A stretch of DNA of 64,000 nucleotides from a virus. The translations under genes were made by a program, and so were the position numbers. The notes under the pieces are model-generated. The model worked only from the letters and a program-made list of their open reading frames with translations, was not told where the DNA came from and did not search any database. The stretch lies in IMG/VR virus record IMGVR_UViG_3300042307_002096, positions 1 to 64,000 of that record. One strand, given 5' to 3'. The first letter of the stretch is position 1; the number at the start of each line of letters is the position of its first letter. This document shows positions 1 through 9,002 of this stretch, one piece after another.

Positions 1-72
1 AATTGGTCTTTTTATGGTTGTTAAAGATTTAGAGAAACAGATTCAAGCAATAAGAAAAAAATATTACGGAGA

Positions 73-428
73 ATAAATAAACTCATGAAGTCCAAAGACC
101 AACAATTGTTAGAAGAAGCTTACGGAGAAGTAACACTCAGACAAGCAGCTTCACCACGCGTGCAATCAATACTAGACTATAGTAAAAAGGTACTAGACGA
201 AACAGCAGAGACTGGAGAAAACTATCTCGAAGCATTAGATTATATTGCTACAAATATGAAGATTAAGCCAGGAATCTTAAAAAGTTTATTGCTTTTTCAT
301 AAGCTTATAACTGTAGAACAAGGATATGAGTATCAGAAATATGTTGACGGGGAAGAGTTTGCAAACGAGCAATAATTTATAAATAAACTCATGAAGTCCA
401 AAGACCAACAATTGTTAGAAGAAGCTTA
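73..428 (+). repeat. Exact 50-bp direct repeat (73-122 and 379-428) covering promoter plus leader-coding DNA
   Basis: ataaataaactcatgaagtccaaagaccaacaattgttagaagaagctta occurs twice. Confidence 0.9.
85..375 (+). CDS. Small protein with MKSKDQQLLEEAY leader (putative virion internal protein)
   Basis: Shared 13-aa N-terminus; TAAATA 5 nt upstream. Confidence 0.7.
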   Translation: MKSKDQQLLEEAYGEVTLRQAASPRVQSILDYSKKVLDETAETGENYLEALDYIATNMKIKPGILKSLLLFHKLITVEQGYEYQKYVDGEEFANEQ

Positions 429-621
429 TGTTAAGATCAATGAGATGCATGCTCCTGTAGCAGGCATTGATCCAGAGACCCAAGAGATGTATTGGGCTGC
501 TTTTGAGAAGTTTAAGAACGATGAGATCACTGCTCAGCAATGGTATGACATATGTGCAAAGCTTCTCGGAGACTTGATGGAGAAGAACAAGGACGTCTTT
601 GTTCGCCTTAAGCATAGATAA
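391..621 (+). CDS. Leader-family small protein
   Basis: MKSKDQQLLEEAY; TATAAATA upstream. Confidence 0.7.
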   Translation: MKSKDQQLLEEAYVKINEMHAPVAGIDPETQEMYWAAFEKFKNDEITAQQWYDICAKLLGDLMEKNKDVFVRLKHR

Positions 622-629
622 ATAACATC

Positions 630-839
630 ATGAAGTCCAATGATCAGACCCTCTTAGAAGAAGCTTACGAAAAAGTCTTGTTTGATAAAGGCAAACAAAG
701 CATCGAAGAACTTACTAAAGAAATCGACAAGCTTAAAGAGAGGCTTAAGAATGCTCATGACGAGAATGATAAGAAGCAATTGAATAAGATTCTTAAAGCT
801 AAGATGGAGAAGAGAGCAGAACTGGTTGGTAACAAATAA
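630..839 (+). CDS. Leader-family coiled-coil protein
   Basis: MKSNDQTLLEEAY; TAAATA at 619-624. Confidence 0.7.
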   Translation: MKSNDQTLLEEAYEKVLFDKGKQSIEELTKEIDKLKERLKNAHDENDKKQLNKILKAKMEKRAELVGNK

Positions 840-843
840 CCTT

Positions 844-1095
844 ATGAAATCAAAGTTCAATAGCATCATTAATAAGGTTTTAAACGAGTCTGCTGATCAG
901 TTTAGTATAGGAAACGAGTTGTATAATTTGTATACAAATTTGGACCCCAAAGCTAGAACAAAGTCTGGAGCGCTGGTATCAGAAGTACTCAAGAATATTT
1001 TGGATGAGTATGTTCAGATTATTGACCGAGCCAAACAAAATGCCGATCAGCCTGAAGCGATTCAATCATTGTTGCGGCAGCTGAGTTTGGATTAA
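844..1095 (+). CDS. Small protein with variant leader MKSKFNSIINKVLNE
   Basis: ATG at 844 preferred; CAAATA 5 nt upstream. Confidence 0.6.
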   Translation: MKSKFNSIINKVLNESADQFSIGNELYNLYTNLDPKARTKSGALVSEVLKNILDEYVQIIDRAKQNADQPEAIQSLLRQLSLD

Positions 1096-1112
1096 AAAAA
1101 AAATAAAATAGC

Positions 1113-1448
1113 ATGAAAAATAAAGATACACAATTGTTAGAAGAAGCTTATGGTAAAGTTGCCAAAGGTTCGTCGATGACTCCAGTCGATTCAAAATATA
1201 TATATTTCACCAACGAAAAGGAATTCTTTCGTTTGCATCCTTATAAGTTAATCCTTCCTGAGGATCCTGAAATGAAGAACATATCCAAAGACAAGAATGA
1301 TTGGAATGATGTACATGTTGCTGTTGGAGAAGACATTAAGGAACTTGGCTATGGAGACGAATCTATTGTTAACGATCGGTGGTACATTGTAGACAATTCA
1401 TTCCCAATGGACCATAAACACAGAGCGTTTATTAGTAAGAACAAATAA
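1113..1448 (+). CDS. Leader-family protein
   Basis: MKNKDTQLLEEAY. Confidence 0.7.
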   Translation: MKNKDTQLLEEAYGKVAKGSSMTPVDSKYIYFTNEKEFFRLHPYKLILPEDPEMKNISKDKNDWNDVHVAVGEDIKELGYGDESIVNDRWYIVDNSFPMDHKHRAFISKNK

Positions 1449-1452
1449 ACCC

Positions 1453-1794
1453 ATGAAGTCCAAGGACCAGACACTATTAGAAGAAGCTTATGATGAGATT
1501 GCTCGCAGACAACACGATTCGGATAATCGTTTGCCTCATATTACTAAAGCTTTGGAAGACAATAAAGATTTAAAATTCGAGAGTAATAGGGAATTTTATA
1601 AATGGTCAGAGAGACATTTGCCAGGCCTTTGGAATTATAGCCAAAGTGATCTACATCCTGTACTTGGACCCGAACTTCAGAAAGCTTACGAAGCTGGTTA
1701 TAATTCAGAAGATTATACATGTCCTTTTTCTGAAAAGACTCTTTGGTGGTGGATGGCAGAAGATGCTGCGGGTCAAGGCGCGGCGGACGTTTAA
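1453..1794 (+). CDS. Leader-family protein
   Basis: MKSKDQTLLEEAY. Confidence 0.7.
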   Translation: MKSKDQTLLEEAYDEIARRQHDSDNRLPHITKALEDNKDLKFESNREFYKWSERHLPGLWNYSQSDLHPVLGPELQKAYEAGYNSEDYTCPFSEKTLWWWMAEDAAGQGAADV

Positions 1795-1809
1795 AATAAT
1801 CCTTTTTAG

Positions 1810-1835
1810 TTGACTTGTCCATAGTCTGATATGAT
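1810..1835 (+). promoter_or_regulatory. Early-type promoter TTGACT-TGTCC
   Basis: Recurrent TTGnnn-TGTCC motif; -10 spacing irregular in this copy. Confidence 0.5.
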
Positions 1836-1844
1836 TATGGCAAC

Positions 1845-2075
1845 ATGAGCAATGTTATTAAAGACTACCTGGAGGCCTTGGATGAGAGGGCTAGTCAGGT
1901 AGGAGGGCTTAATCAAGGCCAGCAGTATATTATTGGATTCCTCTATGGGACATTAAAGAAACTTCAGCTACAGGGACACTATCTACATATACTTGAACGG
2001 GATACTAGACAGCTCAAGGGAATGATCCAATGGGAGAAAGACTGGAACGAGAGGAGAATGAATGACAACAACTGA
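1845..2075 (+). CDS. Hypothetical protein
   Basis: ORF downstream of promoter motif. Confidence 0.6.
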   Translation: MSNVIKDYLEALDERASQVGGLNQGQQYIIGFLYGTLKKLQLQGHYLHILERDTRQLKGMIQWEKDWNERRMNDNN

Positions 2076-2256
2076 ATACTTGGTGAATTGCCTTGACGAG
2101 GCACATGGATCTCTAGTGGCTGCTGCTAAGATTGCTCACCTTGAGAAGCATCCAGAGGCTGCAGCAATCTCTAAACTAATTGATGCACTGGAAGATATTC
2201 ATTGCAATGTATCACCTGACTGGTATAATATAAAGGAGTTAACAAATGACAAATAA
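2062..2256 (+). CDS. Hypothetical protein
   Basis: Overlaps upstream ORF end. Confidence 0.55.
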   Translation: MTTTEYLVNCLDEAHGSLVAAAKIAHLEKHPEAAAISKLIDALEDIHCNVSPDWYNIKELTNDK

Positions 2257-2413
2257 ACAAACTAACGGCCAATTCGAGACCACAGTGAAAGATCTTCAAC
2301 AGATCTTGGAGACACTCCAGCGTGCCGACCAACAATGGCGCAATGTACATCTGCAATGAGAAAAAAGAAAGGCTCAAAGAGAATTTCCTGGAAGAAGTCT
2401 TAAATAAAATAGC

Positions 2414-2896
2414 ATGAAGTCCAAAGATCAAATCCTCTTAGAAGAAGCATATCAGACTGTTGTTGAGGGCAGGTATATAGATAGTTACGGTAGATTTAAA
2501 TATCCCAGTAAATATAAAAACAGAGGAGTCACTGGCGATCCAGACTTAGACGTCCGTGAAGCTGATCGTAACGCTGGCCTAGAAGATGACTTTGTACCTT
2601 CAGAAAATCAAATGCCTGAACTTTCTGCTCCTGTTGCTTCTTCGACTCCAACAGAGCCGAATCAAACAATTGATCCTGCACTGCTGGCAGGCAAAAAAAT
2701 CTCCTTTACTGTATGGGATCCCGGCGAATATGTAATTACAATGGATGGTAAACCAACTGGTGGTACGTTTTCAAAAAACGAAGCAGAACAAGTAACTATA
2801 GCATTATCATCTGCAGAAAACAATCCGGAATCCTTAAACCATCCCCTGGTTCAAAAGTGGGTCCGTACAGCCAAAAATCTTGGCCACATAAAATAA
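2414..2896 (+). CDS. Leader-family protein
   Basis: MKSKDQILLEEAY; TAAATA upstream. Confidence 0.7.
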   Translation: MKSKDQILLEEAYQTVVEGRYIDSYGRFKYPSKYKNRGVTGDPDLDVREADRNAGLEDDFVPSENQMPELSAPVASSTPTEPNQTIDPALLAGKKISFTVWDPGEYVITMDGKPTGGTFSKNEAEQVTIALSSAENNPESLNHPLVQKWVRTAKNLGHIK

Positions 2897-2929
2897 ATTA
2901 GTTACTCTGATAGCGGTTTTTAATTTTTG

Positions 2930-2958
2930 TTGGCTTGTCCTGTATAATGACCTAAACT
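2930..2958 (+). promoter_or_regulatory. Early-type promoter TTGGCT-TGTCC...TAAACT
   Basis: 17-nt spacer. Confidence 0.55.
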
Positions 2959-2967
2959 GTATTCATT

Positions 2968-3117
2968 ATGAAATTATTTCATTTTGTGTTAGCAGTTTAT
3001 TCCTTACTTGTAGTGACGTTGTTGGCCTCTTGTGCGTATAAAGTTAATAATGATTTGCAGCTGCAGTCAATCAAACGTGCAGCAAAATTTGTTTTAAATA
3101 CTCCAAACTTGCAATGA
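2968..3117 (+). CDS. Small lipoprotein-like peptide (49 aa, not in ORF track)
   Basis: MKLFHFVLAVYSLLVVTLLASC lipobox. Confidence 0.5.
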   Translation: MKLFHFVLAVYSLLVVTLLASCAYKVNNDLQLQSIKRAAKFVLNTPNLQ

Positions 3118-3281
3118 ATACAACAAAGAAAGAAATCAAAATACAAATTGGTAAGTTGTGCGATCGAATTGATTCCACGCCTGTAGGAACTCCGGCTTAT
3201 AAAAAGGCTTTATTGAAGATCAAAAATTTACAAAAGCTTTTAATTGCAACTTACACAAGACCAGCGGACTATAGTGGCTAG
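3114..3281 (+). CDS. Hypothetical 55-aa protein (not in ORF track)
   Basis: ATGA overlap with upstream ORF. Confidence 0.5.
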   Translation: MNTTKKEIKIQIGKLCDRIDSTPVGTPAYKKALLKIKNLQKLLIATYTRPADYSG

Positions 3282-3387
3282 CGACAGTCAACTTCTGACT
3301 AACGCATATGCTCAATATATAATAATCCTGCAGAAATGCTTATTAAAAGTTGACATGTCCAACAATTCACAGGAAGGTATATAAACA

Positions 3388-3675
3388 ATGAAACATTCAC
3401 TACTACTTTTGATTTCAACTACTGCTTTGGTAATGACAGGTTGCGTTGCTACTGATCCATACTATAGCGGATATCGATATATTCCTAGGAATTGCCAACC
3501 AGTTCCATATGCCCAGCGCATTCAAAGCCAAAGTTATTATCAGACTCCTCCTCAGTATTACAGAGTACGAGATTATAGTTGCAATCCTAATACTCGTTAC
3601 AGGAACTACTCAAATGCTCCTCTAATCGTTGAGCGTCCATCTGGAACAATAATTGTTCCGCGGAGCTGGGATTGA
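3388..3675 (+). CDS. Tyr/Pro/Arg-rich lipoprotein
   Basis: Signal peptide with LVMTGC lipobox; TTGACATGTCC at 3350-3360. Confidence 0.6.
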   Translation: MKHSLLLLISTTALVMTGCVATDPYYSGYRYIPRNCQPVPYAQRIQSQSYYQTPPQYYRVRDYSCNPNTRYRNYSNAPLIVERPSGTIIVPRSWD

Positions 3676-3678
3676 TAT

Positions 3679-3951
3679 ATGACTCGCAGGAAGTTTGTAA
3701 AGCAACAGAAACAATTTTCAACAAAAATTATAATTGCCATAACCGTTGCGATCAACTTAGGACTAGCAGGAGCAATCCAGTTAACTCCTATTGTTACCAA
3801 GATGGTTGTTTCATTCTGGAACGCTCCTATAGAAATTAAAAAATCTACTGTAACAGCTCCGTACTCGGATGCACTTGAGAAAGCATTTACTGCATTAAAA
3901 TTAAGCAAAGAACCAAAACCTAACAATCTACCAAAACAAAAAAATAGTTAA
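3679..3951 (+). CDS. Single-TM membrane protein
   Basis: Basic N-terminus plus hydrophobic stretch. Confidence 0.55.
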   Translation: MTRRKFVKQQKQFSTKIIIAITVAINLGLAGAIQLTPIVTKMVVSFWNAPIEIKKSTVTAPYSDALEKAFTALKLSKEPKPNNLPKQKNS

Positions 3952-4080
3952 CATGCAACTAAATTATAACGGAGGACATTGCTAATAATATGGATATGAC
4001 TAACATTCTTCTACTGTTGATTGTAGTGATACTGATCATTAAAAAATAACTTATACCGTAATTGCCTTGGTGACCGGATA

Positions 4081-4632
4081 ATGAAAAAAACTTCAACAAA
4101 AATACACGATGCGTGGTTGTTAACTCCTACTAAGTTTGGGGACGAACGCGGGTTTTTCATGGAAACATGGAACCACCAAACATTTAGCGAGATGGGGCTT
4201 GAGTTGACCTTCGTGCAAGACAATCACAGTCGCTCGTCTAAACATGTGCTCCGCGGACTGCATTATCAATCTGGTGAAGCGGCGCAAGGCAAACTAGTTT
4301 GGGTAACTTCTGGTATTGTGTTTGATGTGTTAGTTGATCTTAGACAAAGTTCTCCCACTTACGGCGTATGGGATGGGTACATGCTCGATTGTGCAGAACA
4401 CAAACGTTTGTGGGTGCCTCCTGGATGTGCACACGGATTTCTTGTACTAAGTGATATTGCAGACTTTAATTATAAAGTTACAGCTCCGTATCGCCCACAA
4501 ACAGAGAAGGCACTATTGTGGAATGATAAAACGCTAAACATTGAATGGCCTCTAGAGGTTGGAGTTGAGCCTTTAGTTTCCCCAAAAGATGCTCAAGCTG
4601 CTACGTATATTAATTGCGAAAAGTATAACTGA
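4081..4632 (+). CDS. rmlC: dTDP-4-dehydrorhamnose 3,5-epimerase
   Basis: GDERGFFMET, QDNHSRS, LRGLHYQ, PGCAHGF motifs. Confidence 0.95.
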   Translation: MKKTSTKIHDAWLLTPTKFGDERGFFMETWNHQTFSEMGLELTFVQDNHSRSSKHVLRGLHYQSGEAAQGKLVWVTSGIVFDVLVDLRQSSPTYGVWDGYMLDCAEHKRLWVPPGCAHGFLVLSDIADFNYKVTAPYRPQTEKALLWNDKTLNIEWPLEVGVEPLVSPKDAQAATYINCEKYN

Positions 4633-4684
4633 GAATTTTATCGTTGATTATTCTAACAGTATACCGGAGAGTAATAACTCATAT

Positions 4685-5587
4685 ATGATAACTGGAGCAA
4701 CTATTAATAACGGAGACATTCAACTATGGGAAAACAATATTGTTCAACGGACAATTAATGGACCATTTACAGCTGTTGCATCAAACGGTACACACGTGTA
4801 TGGTCTACACAAGGGTGGAAATGTCCTAGTTTACGAAATAAGAGAAAAAGGCAAGTCAACCGATACCATGAAGTCGTTTCAGCCGCGACTAATTCGGACC
4901 GAATCTGTTGGCCATGGAGCAATTTCAGTCTCATGCGGAGGAGGCTCAGAATCGTTTCGAGTAGAATATAATGACGGTAGAACATATGTAAAAAATAGCT
5001 CAGGTGCTACGATGGAGGGAAGGACTAAAGCTGCATTAAATGAAGCATCTAAGAAGACGGAATCAAACAAATTAAACTCAGAGTCCACGCAATCTAAACC
5101 AACCTATGAAGTTAGCGAGGAAGCCATACAGCACTTTGATAGCAAGTTGTCTGAGGTTTGGTATATTCTCAAAAAAACATGTCGTACCAGGCAACATTGG
5201 ATTCTTACTACGCTTGCTGCATGTTTTTGTGTATCAACATTATATGGAGTTGGCAGCGTCGCGTTTGCTGTATGGAGCAGGGATAATATGTGGATCGCGT
5301 TGCTAGTCACTTCTCTTTCAGCAATATTTTTAGGGCTTACATATAACCTTATTGCGCAAATTATTAAGCGTAGCTGGTATAGTCTTCCAGCACTAATCCT
5401 GTCATTGTTTATTATGGATAAGGTACACGATGTAGCGGGATTGGTGTGTGTCGTTTTGTCGATTGGGCTGTGGTGTTGGCCTGCATGGCCATTTATAGCA
5501 TTGTTTTTTTTGATCCTAGCTAAGATTGCATGCAATTATAAAGGCGGTGATTCCCATATGTTTGGTACCAAGATGGCTGGAAGGTAA
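4685..5587 (+). CDS. Multi-pass membrane protein with soluble N-terminal domain
   Basis: About 4-5 hydrophobic segments in the C-terminal half; start uncertain. Confidence 0.6.
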   Translation: MITGATINNGDIQLWENNIVQRTINGPFTAVASNGTHVYGLHKGGNVLVYEIREKGKSTDTMKSFQPRLIRTESVGHGAISVSCGGGSESFRVEYNDGRTYVKNSSGATMEGRTKAALNEASKKTESNKLNSESTQSKPTYEVSEEAIQHFDSKLSEVWYILKKTCRTRQHWILTTLAACFCVSTLYGVGSVAFAVWSRDNMWIALLVTSLSAIFLGLTYNLIAQIIKRSWYSLPALILSLFIMDKVHDVAGLVCVVLSIGLWCWPAWPFIALFFLILAKIACNYKGGDSHMFGTKMAGR

Positions 5588-5603
5588 TTTCATTATACAA
5601 CAG

Positions 5604-5622
5604 AAAAGCCACTGGCTTTTTT
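5604..5622 (+). terminator. Probable intrinsic terminator
   Basis: aaaagcc-act-ggctttt followed by T run. Confidence 0.5.
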
Positions 5623-5636
5623 GATAATTAGGTTTA

Positions 5637-5915
5637 ATGAATTTGGAGGATAATATTACTGAACTCAGCAACAATTGGTACGAATTAATTGCTGACGACC
5701 ATAAAGATAACGATTGCCATTGGTGCATAGAAGCTCGTTGGAGCTACGGATATCCTCCAGTATATACCGTAACTCATTTTGGACGCCTCTTTGATCGTAT
5801 CGAAGAAGAATGCGAAACTTATGAGGAAGCATTACGGTTGCTTGACAAGTACCTAAGGTGTGCTATTACAGAAAAGCTAGTCGACCAAGAAGCAAATAAT
5901 TCCGAAGAGTTGTAA
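5637..5915 (+). CDS. Hypothetical protein
   Basis: ORF track. Confidence 0.6.
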   Translation: MNLEDNITELSNNWYELIADDHKDNDCHWCIEARWSYGYPPVYTVTHFGRLFDRIEEECETYEEALRLLDKYLRCAITEKLVDQEANNSEEL

Positions 5916-5929
5916 TAGGTAAATTAAAT

Positions 5930-6520
5930 TTACCAAGGATAAATTTGAATACCTTTTTCTTGAAGCGACTGTATAATTTTATTCTTTCTAGCGGCTGCAG
6001 CAGTTTTATCTTTCATTGCCCAATCATGAAATTCAACCCAGAACACCTTAAAATTTTTGAGTTTGTCTTCATTAATCATTTTTTCTAGGATATCAAACTC
6101 GCAACCTTCAATATCCATCTTGCAGTAGATTTCACAATCCGCTCCAAACTTTGATTCAACCCATTGCGGAAAATTGATACACTCAACATCAACTTGGTTT
6201 TTATATTTGTGTAGCGTTGATTCTGGAGCCCATTCATTCATGCTCAGTATTGTTGATCCCATTCCAGTTTCAACATCCTCGTACTCGTCAACGGTTTCAA
6301 TATTCATTTGAACAACTCCGTCCTTAGTGCCAACTGCTTTATTGTGAAATGTGATATTTAGTCCACTTTTAGCTGACCTTTGCTGGCCATTTAAATAATC
6401 ATATGTACGTGGATTTGCTTCAAAAGTATGAACTTCCCACGTATTATCAATTTGTAATATTTGCATGAATCTTTTTAATCCTTCTGCAAAGTGGGTGCCT
6501 AAATCCAAAAAAACTTTCAT
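5930..6520 (-). CDS. FkbM-family SAM methyltransferase
   Basis: FLDLG, FEANP, KMDIEGCE, VEFH motifs. Confidence 0.85.
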   Translation of the reverse strand: MKVFLDLGTHFAEGLKRFMQILQIDNTWEVHTFEANPRTYDYLNGQQRSAKSGLNITFHNKAVGTKDGVVQMNIETVDEYEDVETGMGSTILSMNEWAPESTLHKYKNQVDVECINFPQWVESKFGADCEIYCKMDIEGCEFDILEKMINEDKLKNFKVFWVEFHDWAMKDKTAAAARKNKIIQSLQEKGIQIYPW

Positions 6521-6561
6521 GCATAAACTTAATAAATTTTAACAATAATACAACTTGTTTA

Positions 6562-6590
6562 TTGCAATGTCCATTATATTTTCGTATAAT
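6562..6590 (+). promoter_or_regulatory. Early-type promoter TTGCAA-TGTCC...TATAAT
   Basis: 17-nt spacer; ATG 6 nt after -10. Confidence 0.65.
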
Positions 6591-6596
6591 ATTGGC

Positions 6597-7115
6597 ATGA
6601 TTAAACAGAAAAAAGTATCGATGAACCGCAAGAGCATTAATTCTCCATACTTTGCAATTCGAAAGCAAAAGGTTAAATGGCCAACAATTAGACATGCTTA
6701 TATGAACGATTCTAACGTAGAAGTTTTGAAAAATTTTGTTACTAAGAAAGGTCGGTCTATTATTTTTTTGGACGGGAAGTATGACACTACTCTAAATCGC
6801 TACAAGAACCTTCCTTCTGAAGAGCGAGCGGTTTGTTGGGAGTTTATGTGTAGAGAGAAAGGAGTTAAGGGAGGTATTTTTATGCTCTGTTGGCTTGGGA
6901 ACTTTCATAATGGTTGTATCTTCCATGCTTCTCCTCAGTTCCCTCAGATCCAATGTTGGTATGAAGCAATGGGATATGAACAAGCTAATTTATTTTTCGA
7001 AAGACAAGCGTTTAAGATCTATAAAGAAGTAGTATCAATTGTGCACAACGGAGAAAAGATTGTTGACAAAGAAGTAGAGGAATTTATTAATAACGGAATG
7101 AATTCTATTAAATAA
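6597..7115 (+). CDS. Hypothetical protein
   Basis: Start placed after promoter. Confidence 0.6.
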   Translation: MIKQKKVSMNRKSINSPYFAIRKQKVKWPTIRHAYMNDSNVEVLKNFVTKKGRSIIFLDGKYDTTLNRYKNLPSEERAVCWEFMCREKGVKGGIFMLCWLGNFHNGCIFHASPQFPQIQCWYEAMGYEQANLFFERQAFKIYKEVVSIVHNGEKIVDKEVEEFINNGMNSIK

Positions 7116-7119
7116 ACTT

Positions 7120-7779
7120 ATGAAATCCAAAGACCAAATTCTTCTAGAACAAGCATATTTGAAAGTGCTTATTAAAGAAGAATCTATTCTTGTTCCAAGA
7201 AGGTCTAGAGAAGAGCGAGAAAAGAACTATAAAATAGCCATTTTAAGAAAGATTCAAGAATATATTAAAAACGGCTCTACAGGAGATTTAAATTTATACA
7301 ATACTCCAATTGCTTCTCTTCCAAATAATTTAAAAGTTAGTGGAAGTTTAAATTTAAACAATACTCCAATCACCTCTCTTCCAAACAATTTAAAAGTTGG
7401 TGGAGATTTAAATTTAGCCAATACTCCAATTACCTCTCTTCCGAATGGTTTAGAAGTTGGTGGAAGTTTATATTTAATAAAAACTCCAATTGCTTCTCTT
7501 CCAAACAATTTAAAAGTTAGTGGAGATTTAGATTTAAGTAATACTAAAATTACTTCTCTTCCAAATAATTTAAAAGTTGGTGGATATTTAGATTTAAACA
7601 ATACTCCAATCACTTCTCTTCCGACTGGTTTAGAAGTTGATAGCCATTTAATTTTAAACAATACTCCAATCACTTCTCTTCCAAACAATTTAAAAGTTGG
7701 TGGAAGTTTGGATTTAATTAATACTAAAATTACTTCTCTTCCAAATAATTTAAAAGTTAGTGGAGAGATTTATAGATAA
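7120..7779 (+). CDS. Leader-family protein with eight 20-aa LRR-like repeats
   Basis: MKSKDQILLEQAY plus GxLxLxNTPITSLPNNLKVx repeats. Confidence 0.85.
   Translation: MKSKDQILLEQAYLKVLIKEESILVPRRSREEREKNYKIAILRKIQEYIKNGSTGDLNLYNTPIASLPNNLKVSGSLNLNNTPITSLPNNLKVGGDLNLANTPITSLPNGLEVGGSLYLIKTPIASLPNNLKVSGDLDLSNTKITSLPNNLKVGGYLDLNNTPITSLPTGLEVDSHLILNNTPITSLPNNLKVGGSLDLINTKITSLPNNLKVSGEIYR
7282..7761 (+). repeat. Intragenic tandem repeat, 8 x 60 bp
   Basis: Repeat aligns line to line at a 60-nt period. Confidence 0.95.
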
Positions 7780-7788
7780 ATATTTAGA

Positions 7789-8565
7789 ATGAAATCCAAA
7801 GACCAAACACTATTAGAAGAAGCTTATAACTACGTAATAGAAAAGATATCTACAGCAAAATCTCTTTTACAACAAGGAAAATTAAGTCAAGAAGACTTCG
7901 AAAATATAGTAAACTCCGACTTAACTAAACAAAAAAAATACGTTGGTTGGATGGCCAGTCAATGGGTTGCTGGTAATATTTCTGATATAGATGTTTTAAG
8001 AAATACTATAGAAGAATATGATTCTTTTGTTAACAGAAATAAAGTCAAAAACAAAGACATATATCAATATAAATCATTTAATGAATTAAAAAAAGAGATT
8101 GATCGTCTTAACGAAACTGGTGAAAACATTTCCGTAAAAGATTTAGAAAGCGATTATGATATTGTTAGAGATGATGACTCCCTTTTAATTGCTTCGCCAC
8201 ACACACACGAAGCATCTAGAAAGTTAGGTCTATCTCAATTTGCATATAGAAGCTGTGAAGGAGGAGGGAAAGATTCTGCTTGGTGCACAACATACAAAGC
8301 CCCCAACCACTTTAATGATTACTATTACACGCATAACGTAACGTTTTATTATATAAAGGTTAAGTCTTCAGAAATTTTAAAAAAATTACAACAATCTGGT
8401 TTTGGACCGGAATTTAGCGTTGCTGCTATTGCAGTTTTAGACCAAGAAACGTCTAAAAAAGCTTCTAAAAGGGGATATAAAAACATGGATGGTTATGATG
8501 GCCAAGACAAACAATTTAAAGGGGAAAAACTAAAAAAATACTTGGATATAATCGGAATTAGCTAA
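7789..8565 (+). CDS. Leader-family protein with WCT-motif domain
   Basis: MKSKDQTLLEEAY; DSAWCTT..HFNDYY. Confidence 0.7.
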   Translation: MKSKDQTLLEEAYNYVIEKISTAKSLLQQGKLSQEDFENIVNSDLTKQKKYVGWMASQWVAGNISDIDVLRNTIEEYDSFVNRNKVKNKDIYQYKSFNELKKEIDRLNETGENISVKDLESDYDIVRDDDSLLIASPHTHEASRKLGLSQFAYRSCEGGGKDSAWCTTYKAPNHFNDYYYTHNVTFYYIKVKSSEILKKLQQSGFGPEFSVAAIAVLDQETSKKASKRGYKNMDGYDGQDKQFKGEKLKKYLDIIGIS

Positions 8566-8593
8566 AAGCAATTGAACATAAATTAATATTGTC

Positions 8594-8956
8594 ATGAAGT
8601 CAAAAGATCAAATTTTACTCGAAGAAGCATATAATCAAATTACTCAAAATACAATTAACCAAAATTCTTTTTTAACTGAATCTGCTATAGACAGCGAAAT
8701 TAAAGATTGCGAAGATGTTATTAAAAAGCTTGCTAGTGGAAAATTCAAAAACGAATCAGACGAGGTAATTGAACACATTAAGAAGTGCAAACATGTTTTT
8801 TCTATTACTCAAGACAGCAACGGACAATATACTATTATCATTAAAGACTCCGCTCTCCGTAATGTCGAAAAAGCCTATCCAGAACTAGTGGGCAAATTTA
8901 AATCTGCAGCTGATTGCAAAAAAGACGTAGCAAAATGCAGAAAAGATAAGCTTTAA
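8594..8956 (+). CDS. Leader-family protein
   Basis: MKSKDQILLEEAY. Confidence 0.7.
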   Translation: MKSKDQILLEEAYNQITQNTINQNSFLTESAIDSEIKDCEDVIKKLASGKFKNESDEVIEHIKKCKHVFSITQDSNGQYTIIIKDSALRNVEKAYPELVGKFKSAADCKKDVAKCRKDKL

Positions 8957-9002
8957 GCAAAAAAGCTAAGCTTTACTTAATTGAGCTTATAAAAATTAAA
9001 TT

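Noticed and set aside
2246-2410. In-frame TGA in a short ORF as a sign of stop-codon recoding
   Set aside because: Many full-length conserved genes end in TGA or TAG under the standard code; no suppressor tRNA seen.
7282-7761. 60-bp periodic repeat as a CRISPR array
   Set aside because: No unique spacers; in-frame coding repeat; no cas operon.
73-8956. Integron or diversity-generating retroelement as the source of the cassette array
   Set aside because: No integrase, attC-like palindromes, reverse transcriptase or TR/VR pair in the window.
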